Of a stretch of 27,852 nt of DNA, positions 9,701-20,613 are shown piece after piece. Positions within the stretch are counted from its first letter, which is position 1, and each line of letters starts with the position of its first letter. The notes below the pieces were generated by a model that made no database searches, was not told the DNA's origin, and was given only the letters and a program-made list of their open reading frames with translations. The DNA lies in NCBI GenBank assembly GCA_001600695.1, contig BCKQ01000003.1, positions 1,327,164 to 1,355,015 on the forward strand, given 5' to 3'. The position numbers and the translations under genes were made by a program. Source of the stretch: Ascoidea asiatica JCM 7603. Lineage: Eukaryota > Fungi > Ascomycota.

Positions 9701-11755
9701 ATGTTATTTTCAAAATCAAAAGATGCTTTTTATTTCAAATTGAATGAAGATTCAAATGATATTTTAAAAATTAATCATAATTCAATTAATTTATCTAATG
9801 ATAAATATAATTTTTCAAATTCAATTGAAATTTTTGGTATTATTGGAATAATTAATTTAAATTTAAATTCATATATAATTCTTTCAAAAAATTCATTAAA
9901 AGTTGGACAAATTACAAAAATTCATCAAATTTTCAATTTAAATAAATTCTTAGTTCTAAAATTACCAAATACTTTAAATGAATCTAATGATAATAATGAT
10001 AATATTTATTTAAATTTATTAAAAGATAATTTAAAAAAAAATAAATTTTATTATTCAAAAACTTATGATTTAACAAATTCATTACAAAGAATTTCTGATT
10101 TATATAATTCAACTTCAAATAATAATTTATTTGATTTAAATCTTTTAGATGATAGATTTTTTTGGAATAAATTTATTTTAAAAAAATTTTTAAATTTAAA
10201 TAATCATAAAATTAATCAATTTATTTTACCTTTAATTGTTGGTTATGTAAATTTAAAAGAATTTAATTTAAATAATAATCTTATAACTTATGGTTTAATT
10301 ACAAGAAGATCAAAATTTAGAGCTGGTACAAGATATTTCACAAGAGGTATTGATAATAATGGTAATCCAGGTAATTTTAATGAAACTGAACAAATTTTAA
10401 TACTTAATTCAAATTTAAATAATTATAATATTTTAAGTTATTTACAAACAAGAGGTTCAATTCCAATAAATTGGGCTGAAATTAATAATTTAAAATATTC
10501 TCCAAATTTATCAATTTCAAAAAATAATTTTATTAATAATTCTTTAAAACATTTTAATCAACAAATTGATTTATATGGTAAAAATTATTTAATTAATTTA
10601 ATTAATTCTACTGGAAGAGAATCAAAAATGAAATTTGCTTATGAAAATTTAATTAAAAATTTAAAAATAAATTATCCAAATGAAATTAATGATAATAATT
10701 TAAATTATATTTATTTTGATTTTCATCATGAATGTAGTAAAATGAAATGGCATAAAGTTAAAAATTTAATTACAAATTTATTAAATTTAGGTTTAAATGA
10801 AAAAGATTTTTTTCATTCAATTTATACAATTGATTTAGATAATAATAATAATAATAATAATAGTGAAAATATTGAAAGAAAAAATTTTACTATAATTTCA
10901 AAACAAAATTCAATTGCAAGAACAAATTGTATGGATTGTCTTGATAGAACAAATGTTGTACAATCAACATTTGCACAATTTTTTTTAAATTCTCAATTAG
11001 AAACTTTAAAAATTATAACAAATAAAGATGAAATTGATAAATTTGAAATTGATGGTAATTTACATCCAGATTTAAAATTTTCTTTTCAAAATATGTGGGC
11101 AGATAATGCAGATGCTGTATCATTTGGTTATTCAGGTACAGGAGCTTTAAAAACAGATTTTACAAGAACAGGTAAAAGAAGTTATAAAGGTGCAATTAAT
11201 GATGGTATAAATTCAATCACAAGATATATTTTAAATAATTATTTAGATGGTTATAGACAAGATGGTTATGATTTAATTTTAGGTAATTATTCAAATGAAA
11301 AATTAATTTCTTCAAAAAAATATAAAGAAGATTTAAGACCATTATTAATAAAATCATTACCATATATTTTAATTTATTTTTTAATAATTTTTTTTTTATT
11401 AAATATTAAAATTATGATGTTTAATTCAATTTCAAATGGTAAAGTTATAAAATTTTTAACAACTTTCAAAACTGTATTTTTATATCTGGTTTGTTTAGGT
11501 ATTATAATTTTAGCTTTAATTAAAATTTTTTCAAATGGTATTCAATTTGTTTGTTGGCCAAAAATTAAACCAGTCAATTTCTTAGAAACAGAAATTGTTT
11601 TAAGTGATGATGATGAATCGGATGATGAATTTGATTATTTAAAGAAAAAAGATAAAAATTTTACAACTTTTAATTATGTAAATGAAATTAAAGGTTATAA
11701 ATTTGTAGTTGCAAAAGAATTTAAAGAAGATAAAAATAATTTGAAACTTGATTAA
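9701..11755 (+). CDS. SAC1: Sac1 phosphoinositide (PI4P) phosphatase
   Basis: RAGTRYFTRG, QTRGSIP, YFDFHHEC, catalytic RTNCMDCLDRTNVVQ (CX5R), YSGTGALKTDFTRTGKR and two C-terminal hydrophobic segments. Confidence 0.97.
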   Translation: MLFSKSKDAFYFKLNEDSNDILKINHNSINLSNDKYNFSNSIEIFGIIGIINLNLNSYIILSKNSLKVGQITKIHQIFNLNKFLVLKLPNTLNESNDNNDNIYLNLLKDNLKKNKFYYSKTYDLTNSLQRISDLYNSTSNNNLFDLNLLDDRFFWNKFILKKFLNLNNHKINQFILPLIVGYVNLKEFNLNNNLITYGLITRRSKFRAGTRYFTRGIDNNGNPGNFNETEQILILNSNLNNYNILSYLQTRGSIPINWAEINNLKYSPNLSISKNNFINNSLKHFNQQIDLYGKNYLINLINSTGRESKMKFAYENLIKNLKINYPNEINDNNLNYIYFDFHHECSKMKWHKVKNLITNLLNLGLNEKDFFHSIYTIDLDNNNNNNNSENIERKNFTIISKQNSIARTNCMDCLDRTNVVQSTFAQFFLNSQLETLKIITNKDEIDKFEIDGNLHPDLKFSFQNMWADNADAVSFGYSGTGALKTDFTRTGKRSYKGAINDGINSITRYILNNYLDGYRQDGYDLILGNYSNEKLISSKKYKEDLRPLLIKSLPYILIYFLIIFFLLNIKIMMFNSISNGKVIKFLTTFKTVFLYLVCLGIIILALIKIFSNGIQFVCWPKIKPVNFLETEIVLSDDDESDDEFDYLKKKDKNFTTFNYVNEIKGYKFVVAKEFKEDKNNLKLD

Positions 11756-12438
11756 TTTCTATTCAAAATTCTCATTTCAATTAATATCACTTTCAAAAAT
11801 CAATATATACCAAAGTATATTTAAACCCCGTTTACTTTATTATCAACTTCAATGGAACAATAAATTTCAAAGAATAAATTTTTTCAACATACTTTTTAAT
11901 TCTCTTTTACTTTTATACTATTATCTTCTTTTTTATTAATAATTAATCTAACTCCTTTTTTTTCACAATAACTTAAATTTTTGTTAAATATTTTCTCAGA
12001 TAAATAAAAAATCAATTTGAATTTTCAACAAATAGTGTATGTTATGAATATTCTGTAGAGTCAATGAAATAGTATTTGGTGATAAAAATCCGAAATGAAT
12101 AAGAAAATCTTGGATGAAAATCAGTAGGAGTAGTTTAATCAGATATTTCAAAAATAAATATGTTTTATTGGTAATTTTTTATACGATGTTTTAAAAAAGG
12201 TTTGAATCTCCAATCATCAATCAGTTTTCGAATTTAATCTAAGATTCTTCGGAAGTTTATGAAAGATAATCAAAGATTGATTCATAATTCAAAACAAATC
12301 AAAATCTTCTCTTTTATTCACATCCTTCTTTATCCATTTTACTTATTATTATTTATTATTATTTGATCTTCATAATATGAAATATTCAAAAATTATTCCT
12401 AAATTGCTGATGAAAACATTGAAAAAAAATTGATTTTG

Positions 12439-12652
12439 CCCCGGAGTTGAAAATATTTTGAAATGTCAACAAAGAAAGATAATGAAAATAATAATTCGAC
12501 ACCTTTATAAATGGAATATTTCTAGAATGATGCCACTTGTTTTCAGTCTAATTTGGAAGAAAACTAGAATTTTGTATGTGTATATTTATTTTGTATCACG
12601 GGAACACCCTCAAAACTCAGATTATTTGTAAGTTACAATTGAAAATCCGGGG
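12439..12652. promoter_or_regulatory. Two Mig1/CreA-type GC boxes (CCCCGG 12439-12444; CCGGGG 12647-12652, preceded by AAAAT)
   Basis: Both match SYGGRG in an otherwise very AT-rich enolase promoter. Confidence 0.4.
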
Positions 12653-12879
12653 TATTTATTATAAGCATTTAAATAGATAATATATTAAATGAAAACAATT
12701 ATTTCAGTAGTAGATTTAAAAGATGGAGAATAATTGTAAAGAAGTAATCGATTATATATATAAATTATCAATTCACACTATTCATAGATTTGAGCGTAGT
12801 TCAAAATGAGGGCAATTGAAGATATATAGAGATAGAAATATAAATATAAATATAAATATAAATATAATTGATAAATAAA

Positions 12880-14196
12880 ATGACAATAATAAAAGTATTT
12901 GCAAGATCAGTTTATGATTCTAGAGGAAATCCAACAGTTGAAGTTGATTTAACTACAGATAAAGGATCATTTAGATCAATTGTACCATCTGGAGCATCAA
13001 CAGGAATTCATGAAGCTTTAGAATTAAGAGATGGAGATAAATCAAAATGGTTAGGTAAAGGAGTTTTAAAAGCAGTTTCAAATGTAAATAAAATTATTGG
13101 ACCGGAAATTTTAAAAAATAATAAAATTTTAGATGTTAAAGATCAATTAAATTTTGATAAATTTTTAATTAACTTAGATGGTACATTAAATAAATCAAAA
13201 TTAGGTGCAAATGCAATTTTAGGTATTTCATTAGCTGTTGCAAAAGCTGGAGCAAGTGAAAAAAATATTCCATTATATCAACATATTTCAGAATTATCAA
13301 ATACTAAAAAACCATATATTTTACCAGTACCATTTCAAAATGTATTAAATGGAGGATCTCATGCAGGTGGAGCATTAGCATTTCAAGAATTTATGATTGT
13401 ACCAACTGGAGCAAAAACATTTTCAGAAGCCATGAGAATGGGATCTGAAGTTTATCATATATTAAAAAGTTTAACAAAATTAAAATATGGACAAAGTGCA
13501 GGAAATGTTGGAGATGAAGGTGGAGTTGCACCAGATATTCAAACTCCAAAAGAAGCATTAGATTTAATTATTGAATCAATTAAAAAAGCAGGATATTTAG
13601 GTAAAATTTCAATTGCTTTAGATGTTGCATCTTCTGAATTTTTTAAAAATGGTAAATATGATTTAGATTTTAAAAATCCAAATTCAAATCCAAGTAAATG
13701 GTTAACAGGTGAAGAATTATCTGATTTATATTTAAGTTTAATTAAAGAATATCCTATTGTTTCAATTGAAGATCCATTTGCAGAAGATGATTGGGAATCT
13801 TGGTCACATTTTTTCAATAATGTTGATATACAAATTGTTGGTGATGATTTAACTGTAACAAATCCAAAAAGAATAAAAATTGCAATTGAGAAAAAAACTG
13901 CAAATGCTTTACTTTTAAAAGTTAATCAAATTGGTACATTATCAGAATCAATTCAAGCATCTAAAGATTCATATGATGCAGGATGGGGAGTTATGGTATC
14001 TCATAGATCTGGAGAAACTGAAGATACATTTATTGCAGATTTATCAGTTGGTTTAAGATCTGGACAAATTAAAACTGGAGCCCCAGCAAGATCAGAAAGA
14101 TTAGCTAAATTAAATCAATTATTAAGAATTGAAGAAGAATTAGGTGATAAAGCTATTTATGCTGGAGAAGCATTTCATAAATCAGTGAACATCTAA
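12880..14196 (+). CDS. ENO1: Enolase (438 aa; the first ATG is 12880, not the TTG at 12868)
   Basis: [56 protein letters not shown]. Confidence 0.98.
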   Translation: MTIIKVFARSVYDSRGNPTVEVDLTTDKGSFRSIVPSGASTGIHEALELRDGDKSKWLGKGVLKAVSNVNKIIGPEILKNNKILDVKDQLNFDKFLINLDGTLNKSKLGANAILGISLAVAKAGASEKNIPLYQHISELSNTKKPYILPVPFQNVLNGGSHAGGALAFQEFMIVPTGAKTFSEAMRMGSEVYHILKSLTKLKYGQSAGNVGDEGGVAPDIQTPKEALDLIIESIKKAGYLGKISIALDVASSEFFKNGKYDLDFKNPNSNPSKWLTGEELSDLYLSLIKEYPIVSIEDPFAEDDWESWSHFFNNVDIQIVGDDLTVTNPKRIKIAIEKKTANALLLKVNQIGTLSESIQASKDSYDAGWGVMVSHRSGETEDTFIADLSVGLRSGQIKTGAPARSERLAKLNQLLRIEEELGDKAIYAGEAFHKSVNI

Positions 14197-14544
14197 TAAT
14201 AATAATAAAATAGTAAAAGTTATAAAGTAATAAAGTAATAAAGTAATAAACGTTTAAATATTTCAGACGCGTAACAAATCAAAATAGAAATTTTTTATTT
14301 TCGACGCCAGAACTGCGGGTGCCGTTGCTCCGCCTCTGGACGCGTTTTTCAGGGAAACTTGGCGATGGCGTTGCTGGAGCTGGGGGAAAAGAAAAGAAGA
14401 GAAGAATGGAAAAGTGCAGAGGTGGAATAAATAAACAAAGAAGAGAAGATAGAAGAAAGGATAGAAAATAGAGAAGAAAGAATAAAGAAGAAGAGCAACA
14501 ATTGTTTATAAGTAATTGATATTCCTGTTCTTTCAATTGCCCCA

Positions 14545-16818
14545 ATGACTGAAACTGTGGTAGATCATGCAGATGCTCATGAAACTTTCGCCAGCAGAAA
14601 GAATGACGAATTAATAACAAGTCTGAATATTAAACTTTTTCCAAATTCTTCACAATCTCCTCAGGAATTAAAACATAATTCACAAAAATTACTTGAAGAA
14701 ATATCACAAGAGGATTCTGAAGAAGAATCAAAAGTGTCTAAGGAATCAAAAGAATCTAAAGAATTGAAAGAATTAAAGATTCAAAAATCTATTGAAGATA
14801 ATCAAGATCGAAAACAAGAACAATTTTCAATGAAATTTTTTAAAAAATCAAATAAAGAAGAATTAAAATCTTCAATTAAAGAACACATTGAACCAGTCAA
14901 ATCCATTAAATCAATAAAGAATGTATCAAAAGTAGATGATCCCTCTTTAATAACTAATCATAAAAAAATAGGTTTTTTTGGTTCTTTATGTAACTTTAAA
15001 TTATCTTCTTTTTCATCATTTAGAAGAAAATCTAAACTAAAAAATTCAAAAATTGAAGTTAAAAATATAAAAAGATTAACTTCAAGAAGACACTTTTATA
15101 ATAATAATAATAATAAAAGTAATAAGAATCTAATTTTAAATTCAAAATCTCAATTAAAACTAAATAATTCAACTTTTAAATCTCCAGAAAAAAAAAAACA
15201 TACTCATAGATTCTTTCTTCATAGAAATAAAAATAATAATAAAACTAACAATAAAATTAAAACAAAATTACCTAAATCAAAATCAATACCTAATACACTT
15301 TATAGAAGGAAATTTTCAAAGAAAAATATTGTCAGTGATGATGAAAATGATATTAAAAATAATGATAATAATATTCCTCATAATAATAATAATGAAAATG
15401 ATCATTTAAATGAAAATAAAAGTATTAAAAAAAAAAGATTATCTCTTTCAAAATCTTTAATATTAAAAGATAAAGATGATAGAGATTCTGATAATAATAA
15501 TAATTTTAATAAAAGACATTCATTTATTCCTGCAATTCCAATAAGATCAAATCAATCAAAAATTTCAAGAAAATCTTCAGATTTTAAAAATTTACAAAAC
15601 TTAAAAACTTCTTCAAATTCAATTGAATCAATTAATAAAATTCCATTATTTGCAAAATCTTCTTTTAAATTTTCTATAATTGAAGAAAAAAATTCAAAAT
15701 TTAGAAAAACCATGGAAGATATTCATACTTTTATAATTAATTATCTTAATGAAAAAGATTCTGCATTTTTTGCAATTTATGATGGACATGCAGGTGATGA
15801 AGTTGCAAAATGGTGTGGAAAATTTTTACATTTTATTTTAAGGAAAAATATTTTACAAGAACAAAAAAAAATTAATTTAAATTATCAAAAAAATTTAATT
15901 AATAATTTAAATAACAACTCAAATAAAACTAATCCAGAAACTGTTGATATAAAATCATGTTTAAATTTAACTTTTCAAGAAGCTGATAAATTTATTGATA
16001 GTAATTCAGAAGGAATTAGTAGAAGTGGTTGTACCGCTGCTGTTATTCTTTTAAGATGGGAACCAATTATTTCAAATAAAAAAGAATCTAAAGAAACTGA
16101 AAATAATAACAATGGTAATGATAATGAAATCAATATTGATTTGAACAGACAAATTGATTCAAAAAGTGATAATTTGAAAGAAGATATAAGCCAAGATAAG
16201 ATAGAAGATAAAATTGAAAATAAAAATGATTATGAAAATCTTAAAAAAAATTTTGATTTTAATCCAGGATTAAAATTTAAAAGAATGTTATATACAGCAA
16301 ATGTTGGAGATTCAAGAATTGTATTATGTAGAAAAGGTTTTGCAATTAGATTATCATATGATCATAAAGGTTCAGATTCAAATGAAGCTAATAGAATTAT
16401 TGCAGGAGGTGGATTAATTATGAGAAATAGAGTTAATGGAATTTTAGCAGTAACTAGAGCCTTAGGTGATTCATATTTAAAAGATTTAATTATTGGTAAA
16501 CCATATACAACATCATTAGAATTAAATGAAGATGATAAATTTTTAATAATTGCTTGTGATGGATTATGGGATATAATTAAAGATCAAGAAGCAATAAATT
16601 TAATTAAGAAAGAAAAAAATGCTGAAAAACAATGTGAAATTTTGAGAAATTATGCAATGAATAATGGTACAACTGATAATCTTACAATAATTGTAATTAG
16701 ATTTGATTCAAGAATATTTAAATTAAAAAGAGAATCTATAAATATTGAAGATATTCCTAAAGAAAATGAGACTATTAATAATGATAAGAAAACTGAAATG
16801 ATGATTCCTAAAAATTAA
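14545..16818 (+). CDS. PTC1: Type 2C protein phosphatase, Ptc1-like, with a long N-terminal extension
   Basis: RKTMEDIH, AIYDGHAG, SGCTAAV, LYTANVGDSRIVLCR, RLSYDHKGSD, RVNGILAVTRALGD, IIACDGLWD, TDNLT. Confidence 0.92.
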   Translation: MTETVVDHADAHETFASRKNDELITSLNIKLFPNSSQSPQELKHNSQKLLEEISQEDSEEESKVSKESKESKELKELKIQKSIEDNQDRKQEQFSMKFFKKSNKEELKSSIKEHIEPVKSIKSIKNVSKVDDPSLITNHKKIGFFGSLCNFKLSSFSSFRRKSKLKNSKIEVKNIKRLTSRRHFYNNNNNKSNKNLILNSKSQLKLNNSTFKSPEKKKHTHRFFLHRNKNNNKTNNKIKTKLPKSKSIPNTLYRRKFSKKNIVSDDENDIKNNDNNIPHNNNNENDHLNENKSIKKKRLSLSKSLILKDKDDRDSDNNNNFNKRHSFIPAIPIRSNQSKISRKSSDFKNLQNLKTSSNSIESINKIPLFAKSSFKFSIIEEKNSKFRKTMEDIHTFIINYLNEKDSAFFAIYDGHAGDEVAKWCGKFLHFILRKNILQEQKKINLNYQKNLINNLNNNSNKTNPETVDIKSCLNLTFQEADKFIDSNSEGISRSGCTAAVILLRWEPIISNKKESKETENNNNGNDNEINIDLNRQIDSKSDNLKEDISQDKIEDKIENKNDYENLKKNFDFNPGLKFKRMLYTANVGDSRIVLCRKGFAIRLSYDHKGSDSNEANRIIAGGGLIMRNRVNGILAVTRALGDSYLKDLIIGKPYTTSLELNEDDKFLIIACDGLWDIIKDQEAINLIKKEKNAEKQCEILRNYAMNNGTTDNLTIIVIRFDSRIFKLKRESINIEDIPKENETINNDKKTEMMIPKN

Positions 16819-17191
16819 TGATAAAATTACTTAAAGCGCTATACTTTATTTCAATTTCCATTTTGTTTCCTATAATTTTTTTTTCCCCCTATATTTTCTA
16901 TTCAAATGTGTTTCTTTGTTAATTTTTTTCATTTTTATTAAGATTAGTGTGCTTAACTTTTTTATTTCAATTCTTCAAAAGATTTTTTTATTATTATGAT
17001 TTAAAATTTCGACTTTATTTAATTCTTTACATTATTTTTCATTTCATTATTTTTTATATCTTTTCCATCATTTCCTTAATCATCTTTGTTTTTTTTTTTT
17101 GGCCCCCTGTTTAATTCTTTTACAATTTAATTTAACTTTAAAAAGTTAATTAATATTGAATATTTTAATAATTAATGAATAATAATTTTAT

Positions 17192-17643
17192 TTAATCAGT
17201 TGCACTACCATCTCTTGGTCTATAAAAAAAGCCTTGATCTTCAACTCTTTGTATAACATCACCAGGTAATTTACCATTAATTTTTACAGCATATAAACCC
17301 GGTACAAATTTATCAACTCTTAACCATTTTGCAACCCAACTTTTTTTTGGATCACCAATTGCAACTAAACCTTCAAAAGCAGGAGAAGTACATTCTTGAA
17401 CAAAAGATTCTTCAGATTCTGCAAAATTTAATATAGTTTCACAATTTGGACAACCAGTTATTTTAAAAATCTAAATTTGTTAATATATTTTTGTCTATAA
17501 TTTTAAAAATTAATTATCATATATATATATTCAGTATATACAGTATATATACCTTTGATTGAATTGGAAATAATTAATACAATACATACTTTAAAAGGTA
17601 GCACTATACCACAAAGCATACAAGCTCTCTCAGATCTTGTTGA

Positions 17644-17646
<3 letters not shown>
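17192..17646 (-). CDS. SPT4: Transcription elongation factor Spt4 (111 aa; exons 17646-17590 and 17470-17192)
   Basis: Spliced product MSTRSERACMLCGIVLPFK|IFKITGCPNC...ECTSPAFEGLV...SWVAKWLRVDKFVPGLYAVKINGKLP...YRPRDGSATD*. Splicing restores the CxxC-x13-CxxC spacing. Not in the ORF track. Confidence 0.97.
17471..17589 (-). other. 119-nt phase-0 spliceosomal intron of SPT4
   Basis: 5' GTATGT, branch-like TATTAAC, 3' TTTAG. Confidence 0.93.
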
Positions 17647-17694
<48 letters not shown>

Positions 17695-17747
17695 GTTATT
17701 TCAGTTATTTCAGTTATTTTAGTTATTTTAGTTATTTTAGTTATTTT
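17645..17747. repeat. (ATT)16 microsatellite abutting the SPT4 start codon, followed by ~6x AGTTATTTY
   Basis: Read directly from the sequence. Confidence 0.9.
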
Positions 17748-17823
17748 TATTAGCTATCTCAATAAAATACATAAAATTTAGTTTATTTCAATAAATACTT
17801 CGAGATTTTAATATTACAGAATG

Positions 17824-17830
17824 CGGGTAA
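17824..17830. promoter_or_regulatory. Reb1-type site CGGGTAA in the SPT4 promoter
   Basis: Exact TTACCCG on the minus strand, ~180 nt upstream of the ATG. Confidence 0.5.
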
Positions 17831-18242
17831 CGGTAAAGAGAGAGAACATCCATAAAGCTGGCGTCAAATAAGAAATAGAAAAAATTCTTTACTATTCAAC
17901 GTTAAATTAATATTTAAGTTAATATTTAAGTGATGAAATTAAATGAGAAATGATTATTTGATTGGGTAAAAATACATTTATTGAAAGAAGTAAAAGTATA
18001 TATATATAAAAATGCTAGATAAATAATAAAGATGATATATAGGATATAAAAAGGATATATAATTTTATAGGAATACTCTACCCTAAGAAATGAGTAAAGT
18101 AAATGATATAATTGTTCATAAATTGATAAATTGAATTTGTAGGATAAATTGATGATAAAATTGATGATAAATATTGATAATAAAACAAGTAAGCAAATGA
18201 AATGAATTAAATAGGATAAATTGATTGATTAGGAGAAGATGA

Positions 18243-18799
18243 TTAAAATTTTCTAAATTCAGTTAAAACTGGATAAATTAATTCAAAAGCTTTATAAATA
18301 TCATCTCTATTTTTAGCACCAGTTAATACAACTTTACCAGAAACGAATATTAAAAGTACAATTTTTGGTTTAACCATTCTATAAATTAAACCAGGAAATA
18401 ATTCAGGTTCATAAGAAGTAAAATTTGAATGTGATAAAGATAAAGATTCTAATTTTATTGAAAATTTAATATCTGTTGAAGCAACAATATTTTGAATTTT
18501 AAATTGATTAAATTTTACATTATAACCTAATTTTTGTAAAATTTTTGTAAATTTTCTTGCAGATAATTTTGAATCATTTTCAGATTTTGCACCAGTTATT
18601 ACAATTTTACCACTTGCAAAAATTAAAGCAGTTGTTTTTGGGTTACGAATTCTCATAATTACAGCTGCAAATCTTTTTGGATTATATTCAGCATTTCTTG
18701 CATGTAAAGCAATATTTTTTAAATCTAATTTACAACCTAAATTTACAGTTGCAACAATATTTTGTAAAATTGGTATTATATCTGGATTCATTGAAGATA

Positions 18800-18830
<31 letters not shown>

Positions 18831-19124
18831 TCCAATATCATTATCAATATTATTATCAATAGTTGTTTCAGAATCATTTTCACTTTCATATTTTAGATTA
18901 TAAGTAGTATTATTATTTGAAGAAACAGTATATGAATTTTGAACTAAATCAAGACCATTGCCATTACTATTACCATTATTGTTATTATTATCAATAGTAT
19001 CTTCGTTTTCATTATTAAAGGAAGGTAAAAGAAGACCACTAGTTAAAGTGTCTTTTGGATTGAAATTGAAATCACCAGGGAAAATCAAGTCATTGAAGTT
19101 GTTTGTGTTTAAATCAAGACTCAT
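18243..19124 (-). CDS. SPT15: TATA-binding protein family member (divergent core, Asn-rich N-terminus)
   Basis: Two TBP repeats: LQNIVATV...[14 protein letters not shown]...LIFASGK and IQNIV...[13 protein letters not shown]...LIFVSGK. Whether it is the orthologue or a paralogue is unresolved. Confidence 0.95.
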
Positions 19125-19219
19125 TTTGATATTTGAAATATTTAATATATTTAATATATCTAATATATCTAATATATCTAATATATATTTTGACTAATAG
19201 TTAAAAGCTAAGCTAAGTT

Positions 19220-19227
19220 GTCACGTG
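19220..19227. promoter_or_regulatory. Cbf1-type E-box GTCACGTG upstream of TBP
   Basis: Exact RTCACGTG ~96 nt upstream of the ATG. Confidence 0.5.
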
Positions 19228-20346
19228 CGTGCAGCAAATACAGCAAAAAAATACCAAATAGAAACAGAAACAGACCCCAAAAGACAGACCTCAGAGGTTT
19301 ACAGCACTAAAAAAGTAAACAAATTTAAATCCCCAAAGCAAATTCATTTTCTAAAAACACAGAATCTTCCCTGCTTTTTATATCCCTCGTTGAAATTATC
19401 GTCACTCGAAGCTCCAGCCCCCTTTTTTCCAGTTACTATGGCTTAACTATGTACAAATGAAAAAAAATATGAAAAAAAAGTACAGTGAACCCATGAATAT
19501 GTCGGAGTCTGCAGTGGGAATGAAAAGTTCCCTTTTATTCCGCACTCTTTTGATCATTTTTAATAAATTATGATTAAATTATAATATAATTTATATTTTC
19601 TATCTCAATTTTACAAACGCTTAGGTGGCAACTAGGCATAATAGAGTGCACGCAGGCAGAGGTTATGCAACCGGGCTGGTCCATGGATGTGCACTGGTGT
19701 CAATCACAGTGGCTCATCCTGCACGCTAAATATAAGTATGCACCGCGCTGTTTTGTTGTCTTATCGCGCACCTTTTCACAGTTAGTTTAGTCACTGATTC
19801 AATCCAACATCCATGAGCCATAAAATTCCGTTACAAGGTTTCACTGACCACAAAGCACGCAAAGCACCCAATTTATCTTTTAGCTTCACTTTTAGCGTTT
19901 ATTTTTCAAGGTTATTATTATTAATTCACCAAAGAGACATAAAATCACTTAACATTTCATATCTTATTTAATATAATTGAATATCGAGTGAGTTGACTAA
20001 TAAATTCTGATTCAAGAGGTAATATGTTAGTGTTATTTGAACTGGAATTTATTTGTAATATGTTATAAATATATAATCCCATATTGTAAAGTACAGAGTA
20101 TGATTTCAGGAGGTAATTTTACCTAGACGCCTGTGGAAGAAATATTCAAAAATAAATCAAATTTGCGTTGACGAGAATTGATTTGTACGCAGAATTGCAA
20201 AAAAAGCGTGAATATTTCTGAAACCAGCGAAGATCCTTGCATTGGGTTCAAACTCACCAGCCAATCAGCTGCATTCTTTCCAACTCTACTTGAATTTCAA
20301 TTTCATTTCATTTCAAAGCTGCCATTCTCATATTTTCTGATTCAGA

Positions 20347-20613
20347 TTTTTCATTTTTCATTTTCATTTTCATTTTCATTTTCATTTCAGTCTTCATTTT
20401 TAAATTTGAATTATTTCATCTTTTCATAAACTTTTGAAAAAATATAAAACAAATAAAGCAAATAACTAAAATTCTTATCGTTAAATTTCAAAATCTGATA
20501 AGTATTTAATTTAGTTTTGATCTAAAATAACCAATTACAATTTAGACTCTTTATTAAATCCACTTAGTTTATTTTAGCTTCAATTCCAATTCAATTCAAT
20601 TCAATTCAATTCA
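20347..20613. repeat. Short tandem repeats (TTTTCA)n at ~20347-20389 and (CAATT)n at ~20581-20613
   Basis: Read directly from the sequence. Confidence 0.8.

Noticed and set aside
11486-14625. Alternative CUG decoding (in-frame CTG at 11486 in SAC1 and 14623 in PTC1)
   Set aside because: Both lie in non-conserved positions and CTG rarity is expected from the AT bias, so the window is uninformative.
20240-20262. GGTTCAAACTC as a tRNA T-loop / Pol III B box
   Set aside because: The consensus match is imperfect and there is no cloverleaf or A box.
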